NCBI GenBank assembly: GCA_038227875.1
Contig: JBBRPR010000074.1
Coordinates: 1-39,860 of the forward strand
DNA: 39,860 bases
Source of the DNA: Planctomycetota bacterium
GTDB lineage: Bacteria; Planctomycetota; SZUA-567; H5-PLA8
Reading direction: 5' to 3'
In this document: in pieces, positions 1 through 8,673 of the stretch
Numbering within the stretch: position 1 is the stretch's first letter
Layout: every line of letters begins with the position of its first letter
The notes under the pieces: model-generated
Told to the model about the DNA's origin: nothing
What the model saw: only the letters and a program-made list of their open reading frames with translations
Databases searched by the model: none
Program-made: the position numbers and the translations under genes

Positions 1-109
1 ACAATCTGATTCTATTCCCGCTGCGGCACCGTCACGCGATTCATAACGCCATATATTTTGAGAATCAATCCGCGCCGTTCACACTTTCCCGCGCCGATTT
101 ATCTGAGAC

Positions 110-592
110 TCACAACGCTGAAGTACGTGATTCCCGACACTTGGGAGAAAAAGCGATTCGACTGGCGTCTCCGCCGGGCAAGTGATCCGTATCCTTGGGT
201 GCGACGAACGGATAAAACTTGGAAGTACTGCTGAGGCCCTTGACTGAGAACTTACCGCTCTTGTCGGAAACGGCCTTTGGGAGCGTCTTCACCTTTACTG
301 GATCGTTGACAATGTCTTCCAACGGTTCGTCACGGTTTTCGGCTGTTCCGTCCAGAATGTTGGCAGGCGTAATGGGTGTTGTGTCGAGAGTCGAAGAATC
401 GATGAAGTAGATGGTTGCACCAACGATTGGGCGACTGTGACTGTCTGTTACCACGCCCTTAACGCTTTGAAGGTGAGCCTTCTTGCCGCTCACGTTGGTT
501 GCGTGTACTTTAAGCACCACTGCCACGCAGACGGCAGCGCCTACCACCGCTAACAACCACCGAATCCCGAACATGCTTAATTTCTTTCCCAT
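110..592 (-). pseudogene. Secreted protein N-terminus with carboxypeptidase-regulatory-like (transthyretin-like) domain, apparently C-terminally truncated
   Basis: GGAGGG RBS before ATG at 592; signal peptide (MGKKLSMFGIRWLLAVVGAAVCVAVVLKVHA); VKGVVTDSHSRPIVGATIY...AVSDKSGKFSVKGL pattern of CarboxypepD_reg-like domains; the ORF ends abruptly (AFSPK|CRESRTSAL*). The truncation is an inference. Confidence 0.5.
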
Positions 593-845
593 GTTTCCCT
601 CCCGCCTCTCGCAACTCCGTTCCGTCGCAGAATTGACTTCCCATTTTCGCATTTTGTTCATCTTACGGCTGTGTTCCGCCCCCAGAATAGGTTGCCTTGT
701 GCAAATTGTCGTCCAGAATCATATATCCGCACATTTTGCAAAATGCCTATGAACCATGGACGGACGACGACAAGTTGAGTGATCCATTGTTTGCATGCAC
801 GAGAATGCCTCTCTCGAATTTTCGAAATTTACGTATTCTCATTGG

Positions 846-861
846 TGCGAAAAAATTCGCA
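846..861. promoter_or_regulatory. Palindrome TGCGAA-N4-TTCGCA, Rex-operator-like
   Basis: Perfect 6-bp inverted repeat with a 4-nt spacer in the AT-rich divergent intergenic region; one change per half-site from the Rex core TGTGAA-N4-TTCACA. Confidence 0.3.
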
Positions 862-1233
862 TGGCGTAGAATTTATTCGACAACTCGTCAACTTTTGCGA
901 AGAACGTGAGTGGTGGTGTCACGAATGATATTTTCCGCTCAAAATTATCAGAAATCAAAACTTAAATTAAGTTCAAAGGTGCTCACTACGACTGATTATA
1001 TTCCGTCCAAGTTCCAAGCCAGAAAGCTAATGGAACTGTAACCGGTGTCAAGTACTCCTTTCTTGGGAGTTAAAAAAGCTCACTTCATAATATATATTTT
1101 TAATCTGTTGAAAATTACTTTGAACTCCAGACCGGCTGCGTACACTACCGTCACTCTTTCAGAACATGTGCACTCCAACATTAGGATGATCCAATTTGAT
1201 GGATTGCCTATTCAACAAATCGGTACACACGGC

Positions 1234-3018
1234 ATGAGTGACATCATTTCACGTCAATACGCGCTTCAGCGTCCGATGTTGCTCTTACTAGTACTTGGCA
1301 GTTTGTTGACAACCCAAGTTGCCAAATCTCTGGATGAAGTCAACTCAAATCCACTCCCGCTTAGCGAAGCGCCAAGCAGTGACGACGTTGACACATTAAC
1401 GGCTGAGCCTGCGCCGACAACGCCCCCAGAGACGGGGCCTTCGGGCGATGGCAAAGGATATTCAGTCCCGAATCCATTGATTTCCGGCGACGAATCCCCC
1501 AAGCCTGAAGATAAAAAAGCTGCAGATAAAGAAAAGCCAGACGCCGAGAAGAAGCCAGACGCGGCAGATGATAAAAAAGCCGAGGGTGGGGATGGGCCGG
1601 CGAAGGCCGAGGTCTTAGAAGAGAAAATACCGCCGCCCCCCGTCCCTACGGCTGAGGACCTGGAGAAGCGGAAGCAAAGCGCTCTCAACTACGAATCCCT
1701 GGGCGAGAAGTTTTTCGGCTATCCCATAACGGGCACGTCTGCCACACGCTTCAGGGCGCGCCGTGGCAGTGGAGACCATGATGAAGACATGTACGAATTT
1801 GTCTCAATGGACTTCGGCGACAAGGATCGTCAACTGGCAACCGAACATTTTGATTTGCGCTACGCCGCCGACTTGAGTGGCCGGCGAACGGGGACGAAGG
1901 CCGACGTTTTTTCTGGAATCGTCGACACCTACAGTTCCGCCCGGGACCTTGAAGTGTATTCCGCGTACACAGACTTCCACAAGATTCCAGGCATCGAATT
2001 CCTGCGCGCCGGACGCCAGTGGAATTACGATACGTCGGAAGTCCTGCCGTTTGACGGGCTGCGGCTTGACACGGATGCATTGGTTGGCGATCATGAAGTG
2101 AAATTTTCATTTTATGGTGGCGTGCCCGTGTACTCTTTTGCTCTCGTGCCCGATGGCGGCGACGTTGCTGGAGCCGCTGTGGAAGGTCGACCTTGGAAGT
2201 CCATGCGCATGCGTCTGGATTTCACCCATATTGATGAGGACTATTCGCAAGATCACAAGGATTCCACCGACCCACTGGTTAATAGCCTGAATCCAGGACA
2301 GGGCTATCTGCATAATGACCTCGCCTCCTTTAGCTTGTGGCAGACCTTTCGCAATCCAAATGTGCAAGTGCAGGCTCGTATTTCAGAACTGGACGGTCGT
2401 GCGCGAGATGGATTTGCGCGCGCCATTTACAATAAGAGCGAATGGAATTTGCAAGTCATTGGTTCGTACAATGTCTGGTTCAATCAGCAGACCCGACTCA
2501 CGAATCAATACGATATGTACTTCGATACCTTGGCAGGACAGGAACCTTACCAAAATGCGAGTCTGGTGGTCAGTAAGGGCTGGACGGACAATTTCTGGAC
2601 GGAAGCCGGCGCAGTTGTCCGTCGCCTGACCCATGCCGGGAATGAAACGACATTCAATCACGAGTTCGACCGCTACTACGCGTCCCTCCAACTGCGCGAT
2701 CTTCCTGTAAAAGGACTGACGTTCAGTGTTACCGGCTCGCGTTGGGACGGGCGGGGCCAGTCACCGGCCAGCGACGAGTTGGGCGGAGAAATCTCTTATA
2801 AAGCAGGGAAGAAATTTCAAACCTTCGCAGGAACCGATTACGCACTGTACAAGTACGATTTGTTTCAAGGCAATGAACTGGATCAGGTCCGGACGTACTA
2901 CGTAAAGCAGCGCTGGAAACCCACCGCTTGGACGGCACTCGATGTTAACTACGAACGGGAACACTCTCTGAAGAGTTCATTCGATACTTTGACAGTGACA
3001 TTTCGCATAGATTTTTGA
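1234..3018 (+). CDS. Outer-membrane beta-barrel (porin) protein, candidate porin of a porin-cytochrome complex
   Basis: Hydrophobic signal peptide (MLLLLVLGSLLTTQVAKS); acidic/Pro-rich linker; many amphipathic beta-strands rich in Y/W/F/G; C-terminal TLTVTFRIDF Phe signature; lies directly upstream of a multiheme cytochrome. Start moved from 1045 to the ATG at 1234 (uncertain). Confidence 0.8.
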   Translation: MSDIISRQYALQRPMLLLLVLGSLLTTQVAKSLDEVNSNPLPLSEAPSSDDVDTLTAEPAPTTPPETGPSGDGKGYSVPNPLISGDESPKPEDKKAADKEKPDAEKKPDAADDKKAEGGDGPAKAEVLEEKIPPPPVPTAEDLEKRKQSALNYESLGEKFFGYPITGTSATRFRARRGSGDHDEDMYEFVSMDFGDKDRQLATEHFDLRYAADLSGRRTGTKADVFSGIVDTYSSARDLEVYSAYTDFHKIPGIEFLRAGRQWNYDTSEVLPFDGLRLDTDALVGDHEVKFSFYGGVPVYSFALVPDGGDVAGAAVEGRPWKSMRMRLDFTHIDEDYSQDHKDSTDPLVNSLNPGQGYLHNDLASFSLWQTFRNPNVQVQARISELDGRARDGFARAIYNKSEWNLQVIGSYNVWFNQQTRLTNQYDMYFDTLAGQEPYQNASLVVSKGWTDNFWTEAGAVVRRLTHAGNETTFNHEFDRYYASLQLRDLPVKGLTFSVTGSRWDGRGQSPASDELGGEISYKAGKKFQTFAGTDYALYKYDLFQGNELDQVRTYYVKQRWKPTAWTALDVNYEREHSLKSSFDTLTVTFRIDF

Positions 3019-3042
3019 CGGACGTAAGGAAAGGGGTAGTCA

Positions 3043-4071
3043 GTGCGCAGAATATTTTTCGCAATGGGAACGATGGTGCTCTTGACTGTCGTATTCCTTG
3101 TGGGATGCGAGGACGAGCGCAATGAGCCTCCACAGCGTCACACACCCGCTTTCAGCCACAAATTGCACGTGATTGAACAGGAATTGAAATGCACCGTCTG
3201 CCACAAAACGGCTAGCAAGGGCGAGCAGGCCGGCATGCCGACCATTAAGAGTTGCATGAAGTGTCACGAAGGTTTGGACGAGAAGAAAACGCCCGAGCAT
3301 CGGATTGATCGCTTTTTGAAAGATGATCAGCCCCAGTTCAGCAATGTCACTGCGCTCTCAAAGGAGATCAAATTCTCGCACAAAGTTCACGGTGACGCGA
3401 AAGTCCAGTGTGCGACCTGCCATAAGGGCATTGAAATCAGCACCTTGGTGTCTTCACGACTGAAGCTATCAATGAAGGACTGCCTGGACTGCCATGCGCA
3501 GACACATGTTGGCAATTCGCTGATCTCCACCAACAGTTGCAATGTGTGCCACACGGATATCAATAAGCAATGGAAGCCCGAAAGCCACAAAGCGGACTGG
3601 AAACTACTGCACGGTCGCGCCGCAGGATTTCGGGGTGACAAATTGGCGGACAATTGTTCCCTCTGCCATACCCAGCAAAGTTGCTCGCAATGCCATAAGG
3701 CTGAAGCGCCCGCCAATCATACCAATTTCTGGCGTGAGCGCGGACACGGCATCACCGCCGACCTTGATCGCAGTACCTGCAAAGTGTGCCATAATGAAAA
3801 TACATGTATCCGTTGCCATCAATCCACTCCCCCGGCCAGTCACCACGGGAATTTTGAGTCGCAACACTGCCAGGGTTGCCATTTGCCGCTGAAGGATAAT
3901 GGGTGTATTGCGTGTCATCGAAATACAAATTCGCATTTAGCAGCGCCACGCCTGCCCAATACAAAAGTTCATACTAATGCAACGGCCAGTGACTGCCGAA
4001 CCTGCCATTTCGGCTTGAAGTTGCAGCATATCGATAACGGCGATAATTGCTTGTCATGCCATAGACGGTAA
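3043..4071 (+). CDS. Multiheme c-type cytochrome lipoprotein, 13 CxxCH motifs
   Basis: Counted CTVCH, CMKCH, CATCH, CLDCH, CNVCH, CSLCH, CSQCH, CKVCH, CIRCH, CQGCH, CIACH, CRTCH, CLSCH; two FSHKxH c3/c7-type distal His motifs; lipobox FLVG-C22; AAGGGG RBS before GTG. Confidence 0.95.
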   Translation: MRRIFFAMGTMVLLTVVFLVGCEDERNEPPQRHTPAFSHKLHVIEQELKCTVCHKTASKGEQAGMPTIKSCMKCHEGLDEKKTPEHRIDRFLKDDQPQFSNVTALSKEIKFSHKVHGDAKVQCATCHKGIEISTLVSSRLKLSMKDCLDCHAQTHVGNSLISTNSCNVCHTDINKQWKPESHKADWKLLHGRAAGFRGDKLADNCSLCHTQQSCSQCHKAEAPANHTNFWRERGHGITADLDRSTCKVCHNENTCIRCHQSTPPASHHGNFESQHCQGCHLPLKDNGCIACHRNTNSHLAAPRLPNTKVHTNATASDCRTCHFGLKLQHIDNGDNCLSCHRR

Positions 4072-4103
4072 CGGCGATTATAATTCTTGATTAAGGCAGC
4101 TTC

Positions 4104-6191
4104 ATGTTTCGAACGGTCTTTCGCTTTCTGGCCTCGCTGAAGCTGGCTTTGCTCCTATTGGCAGTCATTATCGTCGCATCTATCATGGGAACAATTTGGG
4201 AATCAAACATCAGCGCCGAATTCGCCCGACGTTACATTTACGGTAATATATGGTTTGACATCTGGTTGATGTTTCTTTGTATAAATTTATTCTGCGTTGC
4301 TGCAATCCGATATCCGTGGAAACCTCATCAAACTGGGTTTGTTATTACTCACGCAGGAATAATTATACTGTTAATTGGATCCATGATCGATCGACACTGG
4401 GGCATTGAAGGCTTCGTCCAGCTACATCGCGGAGCGGCCCCGACCGAGGTGATGGAACTCCGTCAGCAGGAGTTGGTGGTCAGTGTGGCTGGGGTCCCGG
4501 ACTCCGCGCACACGTCATTTAACGTCAAATCGATGCAGCAATCCTTTCCAGTGAACTCCCCCACCCCGGAGGTAAGAATTGACGTTGTCGATGCGCACGA
4601 AGTCGAAGCTTTTCAAGAGGTCACCTCAACGAGTGCGGGCGCGCCAGTAATCCATCTGCGATTGCAGGGGCCGATGATGGGGCGGCAGGAGCGCTGGTTG
4701 TTTTTGGGTGACCGGGAAGACGGAGGACTGGCAGTATTCTCATTTGAAAAGGGCAACCTACCGACGTCCAACGGCACATTATCCAAAAGCAGCAAAGAGG
4801 AACTTCAACCTCGACTGGAACGCTATTTCGCTTTTGCCAACCAGAAGGACAGCACCATGGTTGTGCAGCGCATCGGCGATAGCACAAACGCCTCCGTCAC
4901 TTTGGATTTGGATACGCTCACATCCGAACCCATCCTAAAGCTAACCGTATTCAATAAGGACTACAGCCTCAAGGTGCTCGGCAACGAAAAAAAGGACCTG
5001 CCGCTGGAGGGACTCGATGGATGGAAAGTATGCATTGCCGGTTACTACCCGAACTTCTCCATCGTTGATAAACAGATTTCGAGCAAGAACGACAGGCCGG
5101 AAAATCCAGCCATTAATTTCGATCTGATAGGACCGCTGGTAAAGGCAGCCGTCGAATATCCTGCTGCGATGCATGATGGCGGAAATGCCAGGCCCGACAC
5201 CGCGGTGGGGGGCAATGCACTACACATATTGCTGGGCGACGACGGCAAACTTCGTTATCTACTCAATTCCTCCAAAAAGGGTGAACTCTCCGGTGAGATC
5301 CAGCAGGGCAAGGAACAAGACGTAACTTGGATTCCAGGAACAACATTTACTGTCGATGAATACTATCCACATGCGACATCTAAAATGACTTGGCGACCCA
5401 TTTCGGAAGGGTCCGTTGACCATGAGAATTTCACGCCGGGATTAAAGTGCCGCATCCGCGTCGGGCAAGACACGATGGAGGCTTGGCTTACTCAGCATCA
5501 ACTTCAGTTACACACCGACGAAGTCACAGGTCAGACCACAGTTGAACAACCACGCGAAACATACAAGGTGGGCGGAAAGGAAATCGGTATCTCGTTCGCC
5601 AATGAGTATCGCATGCTGCCGTTCACGGTTTCGCTGCTGAAGTTCTCCGCGCCACGCGACGAAGGTCTTGAAGAGAGCATGAGTTTTGCTTCATTTGAAA
5701 GCACACTGAGTTTCAACGGTCACGTCGACTGGGTTCAGCTTAAGCCGACCGCGAAAATCGTGGAAGATGCAATGCGTCCGGAGGGTAACCCGGCTAGTCG
5801 AGACATCCTGGAAGGCGGAGCCGTCCGTGAACTTTACGGCGCAATCATCAATGAAGACGCCACGCAACTTACCGTGGAGTTTAGTGACCGGAGAACTCTC
5901 ACCATCCAAAAGTCGGACATCGCGGACTGCATCCGGAAAACGCGCAAGATTTATATGAATTCACCGACGTCCTATCCTTCCCCTTGGTGGGGCCCGTGGC
6001 TCGGCACGACCTATAAGTTTTCCCAGGCCGATCACCGTATGCCCGCGGATCCGGACTATTCGGGTGTACAGGTCTTGCGCGATCCGGGTTGGATGCCGAA
6101 GTGGGTCGGATGCTTGATGATCTGTTTCGGTATATTCACGATGTTTTATTTGAAACCGTACTTCAGAATGCGTCCTAAGGCGACCGCATGA
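4104..6191 (+). CDS. resB: Cytochrome c biogenesis protein ResB/CcsB (System II)
   Basis: N-terminal LASLKLALLLL...IMGT; three TM segments including the conserved GFVITHAGIIILLIG His; large periplasmic domain; C-terminal SGVQVLRDPG plus a TM helix. Confidence 0.88.
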   Translation: MFRTVFRFLASLKLALLLLAVIIVASIMGTIWESNISAEFARRYIYGNIWFDIWLMFLCINLFCVAAIRYPWKPHQTGFVITHAGIIILLIGSMIDRHWGIEGFVQLHRGAAPTEVMELRQQELVVSVAGVPDSAHTSFNVKSMQQSFPVNSPTPEVRIDVVDAHEVEAFQEVTSTSAGAPVIHLRLQGPMMGRQERWLFLGDREDGGLAVFSFEKGNLPTSNGTLSKSSKEELQPRLERYFAFANQKDSTMVVQRIGDSTNASVTLDLDTLTSEPILKLTVFNKDYSLKVLGNEKKDLPLEGLDGWKVCIAGYYPNFSIVDKQISSKNDRPENPAINFDLIGPLVKAAVEYPAAMHDGGNARPDTAVGGNALHILLGDDGKLRYLLNSSKKGELSGEIQQGKEQDVTWIPGTTFTVDEYYPHATSKMTWRPISEGSVDHENFTPGLKCRIRVGQDTMEAWLTQHQLQLHTDEVTGQTTVEQPRETYKVGGKEIGISFANEYRMLPFTVSLLKFSAPRDEGLEESMSFASFESTLSFNGHVDWVQLKPTAKIVEDAMRPEGNPASRDILEGGAVRELYGAIINEDATQLTVEFSDRRTLTIQKSDIADCIRKTRKIYMNSPTSYPSPWWGPWLGTTYKFSQADHRMPADPDYSGVQVLRDPGWMPKWVGCLMICFGIFTMFYLKPYFRMRPKATA

Positions 6192-6206
6192 ATGGTGAAA
6201 CGTCGG

Positions 6207-6240
6207 AGTGCCGTGCCCAGGAATCACCGGGCACAGCACT
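6207..6240. terminator. Hairpin between convergent resB and Rrf2 genes, possible bidirectional terminator
   Basis: AGTGCCGTGCCC-N10-GGGCACAGCACT, a 12-bp inverted repeat with one mismatch; no clear U-tract. Confidence 0.45.
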
Positions 6241-6244
6241 GCGG

Positions 6245-6703
6245 TTATTTGCCCGGGGCTTTCTTCGGTAAATCGGCGTAGGGGAAAGGACAGAGCGGCT
6301 TGCTGCGAGTCGGTTCGTCGAGCAGATCCTGAACCGAGGTGCTGCGAAACGTTTTTTCCAGCGTCGCCATCGCGTCGTCCAAGCGGCGATGCAGCGGGCA
6401 CAAGTTGGCGCCATGGCCGGCCAGTTTCAGCGGACACTGAACGATACGCTTGATTGGATCGACGGCCTGAACCACGTCGTAAACCGTGATCGCCGTGGCC
6501 GGCCGCGCCAGCGAAAAGCCGCCACCGAGACCGCGCTGCGAAGCAACCAGACCCGCCCGACCCAAATTCTGCATGACTTTGGAAAGGTATTTTGAAGGGA
6601 TATGTGTGGCTTGCGCCATCTTATCCACGACGTGAGCGGTGTCATTGTGCTGGGACATGAAAACGATGGCGCGCAGAGCATATTCCGCGGTTTGTGAGAT
6701 CAT
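6245..6703 (-). CDS. Rrf2-family transcriptional regulator (probable Fe-S sensor)
   Basis: MISQTAEYALRA start, IPSKYLSKVMQNL helix-turn-helix, SQRGLGGGFSLAR wing, ITVYDVVQAVD; Cys in QCPL, LCPLH and PLCPF; AGGAGG RBS before ATG 6703. Confidence 0.95.
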   Translation of the reverse strand: MISQTAEYALRAIVFMSQHNDTAHVVDKMAQATHIPSKYLSKVMQNLGRAGLVASQRGLGGGFSLARPATAITVYDVVQAVDPIKRIVQCPLKLAGHGANLCPLHRRLDDAMATLEKTFRSTSVQDLLDEPTRSKPLCPFPYADLPKKAPGK

Positions 6704-6772
6704 CGACGAATTATCCTCCTGAAATGTGAACTCCAAGAATTGATAAGTACTTCCGGTGTCGAAATTGTCAAA

Positions 6773-6786
6773 GGATATTCGTGTCT
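6773..6786. promoter_or_regulatory. Palindromic operator candidate GGATA-ttcg-TGTCT upstream of the Rrf2 gene
   Basis: Matches RGAYA-N4-TRTCY; lies next to a minus-strand TTGACA (6766-6771); the motif recurs in other promoter regions of the window. Confidence 0.45.
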
Positions 6787-6905
6787 AAATATCGTGGCCG
6801 ATGGAGGTTCTGGCTCTCTCAATTTTGAAGATACGTCGCTTTCTGTGCGCGTCTGGCTCGCAACACAACCGGAATGTGATGCCTTTTATTTGACGACTCC
6901 TCCGA

Positions 6906-8543
6906 CTACTTACACGACACAGTACTGGCGACCCTATGGTCGCGAATTCGTCGCATGATGGGTGAGACATCGCTTTTGTCGACGACTGCTTCGATGAGAT
7001 AGGGGCGGTCGGCAGCCACGGCACGACGCAGTGCGGCCGACAATTCCCGCGCGGATTCGACGCGCTCGCCCTGCGCGCCGAGTGCCCTGGCAAAGCCTGC
7101 GTAGTCCCAACTCTTGACTGCATAGTAGGGGCGGGACTTGTCGAGGGATTCGAGCATTGTGTAAGAAGAGTTATTGAGCAGCAGGATAATCGGCTTGACC
7201 TTCTGCGAGACCAGCGTCGCCAGTTCGCATCCGGTCATCTGGAACGCACCATCGCCAACAATCACGAATGGCCGTCGATTCGGTTGGGCTAGCGCAGCGC
7301 CGAGAGCGCCGGGTACCGCGAAGCCCATCGTTGCGTAGTATCCTGGCGCGAGGAAGACGTCGGTGCGCAATTCCAAGCCGATAAACCAGGCATCTCCGAC
7401 ATCAGCGACGAAACTGTATTTCGATTGATCGAGAGCCCGCACGTGGGCGATAACGTCGGCGGTATGAAGCGGTCCGGAACCGATACGCAACGTTCCTTCA
7501 CACCGTGCCGGTGTAGATGCGAATTGCCGGGTCTTCTCGGGGAGGTGCCGGGCAAGTTCCGCAATAAGGATTGCAAAAGGAATGTTGTCGTAGCGGTGAT
7601 GGCCAACGGTAACAGAGTTTTCGTCGATTTGAATCTGGTGCGCGGCGTCGATGCGGCTGGTCCAGAAACCAGTGTTGACGTCGCTACGAATAACGCCGAG
7701 CGTCAAAATACAGTCGGAGTTTTCCACCGTGGAACGCGGCTCCGGGTCGCCCAACGCACCCATGAAAACGCCGGTAAACTGGGGATGACTCTCCGGGAAG
7801 GACGCTTTGCCCATAACCGAACTAAACACTGGCAAACCCCAGTGTTCGGCGATGCGCACGGCCTCCGCGCCTACATTGTAGCGACGCACACCGACACCCG
7901 TATAGAGAATGGGACGTCTGGCTCGGTTGAGGCGCTCACAGATTTCCGCAATCACCTCGTTCAGCGCGGCCGGGTCCACTGGTGGATTATCGTGGAGAAC
8001 GGCCAGGGGTGCGTTCGAGGCGGAAATGATCGCGTTCACCATGTCGCGCGGGATTTCCAGATAGCCGGGGCGCTGGTGTTGGATCACGGATGAGATCACG
8101 CGGTCGATGACGGCGCCGGCAGTGGCGGGGTCGTCCACGCTGGCGGCATCCACGGTCACTTCGCGGAAGATCCGCAGCTGGCTTTCGTAACTCTTCACGC
8201 GGTGATGAAAGTAGACATCCGGGCCACGAAGTTTTGTTTCCATGGCACCACTGACAATCAGCAGCGGCGTACGTTCGGCGTAGGACATTGCAGTGGCATT
8301 AACGACGTTAAGTGCTCCAGCACCATAGGTAACCAGCGCTACGCCGAGTCCACGCAGTCGCGCGTAGGCGTCAGCAGCGAAGGCGGCATTCGGTTCGTGC
8401 GTGCAAACGACCGTCTGCATACCGGCGTCGGCCTGGGCGGCGTAAAGCGGGAGGACGAAATCCCCGGGTATTCCAAATGTACAATCCACCCGGCATTCAC
8501 GGAGTCGCTTGAACAGATGCTCGGCCAGTTGCGCCACGGGCAC
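6906..8543 (-). CDS. Thiamine-diphosphate-dependent 2-keto acid decarboxylase (indolepyruvate/phenylpyruvate decarboxylase family)
   Basis: FGIPGDF, HEPNAAFAADAYAR, FHH, and the TPP motif GDGAFQMTG...NN; GGAGG RBS before GTG. Confidence 0.92.
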   Translation of the reverse strand: MPVAQLAEHLFKRLRECRVDCTFGIPGDFVLPLYAAQADAGMQTVVCTHEPNAAFAADAYARLRGLGVALVTYGAGALNVVNATAMSYAERTPLLIVSGAMETKLRGPDVYFHHRVKSYESQLRIFREVTVDAASVDDPATAGAVIDRVISSVIQHQRPGYLEIPRDMVNAIISASNAPLAVLHDNPPVDPAALNEVIAEICERLNRARRPILYTGVGVRRYNVGAEAVRIAEHWGLPVFSSVMGKASFPESHPQFTGVFMGALGDPEPRSTVENSDCILTLGVIRSDVNTGFWTSRIDAAHQIQIDENSVTVGHHRYDNIPFAILIAELARHLPEKTRQFASTPARCEGTLRIGSGPLHTADVIAHVRALDQSKYSFVADVGDAWFIGLELRTDVFLAPGYYATMGFAVPGALGAALAQPNRRPFVIVGDGAFQMTGCELATLVSQKVKPIILLLNNSSYTMLESLDKSRPYYAVKSWDYAGFARALGAQGERVESARELSAALRRAVAADRPYLIEAVVDKSDVSPIMRRIRDHRVASTVSCK

Positions 8544-8673
8544 TTCCTCCCTGCTGTCACCAACGTTAACAAATCAAAGGAGCAAAGCAAAGACAATATA
8601 TCTATCTTGAGAGTTGTATATCCTCTTTGGTATCCGTATCCTGTCACGAACGCACTATTTCGGGAGAGCGACC

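Noticed and set aside
1045..1233. Extended N-terminus of the porin ORF
   Set aside because: AT-rich, promoter-like DNA ahead of the signal peptide; the upstream GTG is unlikely to be the start.
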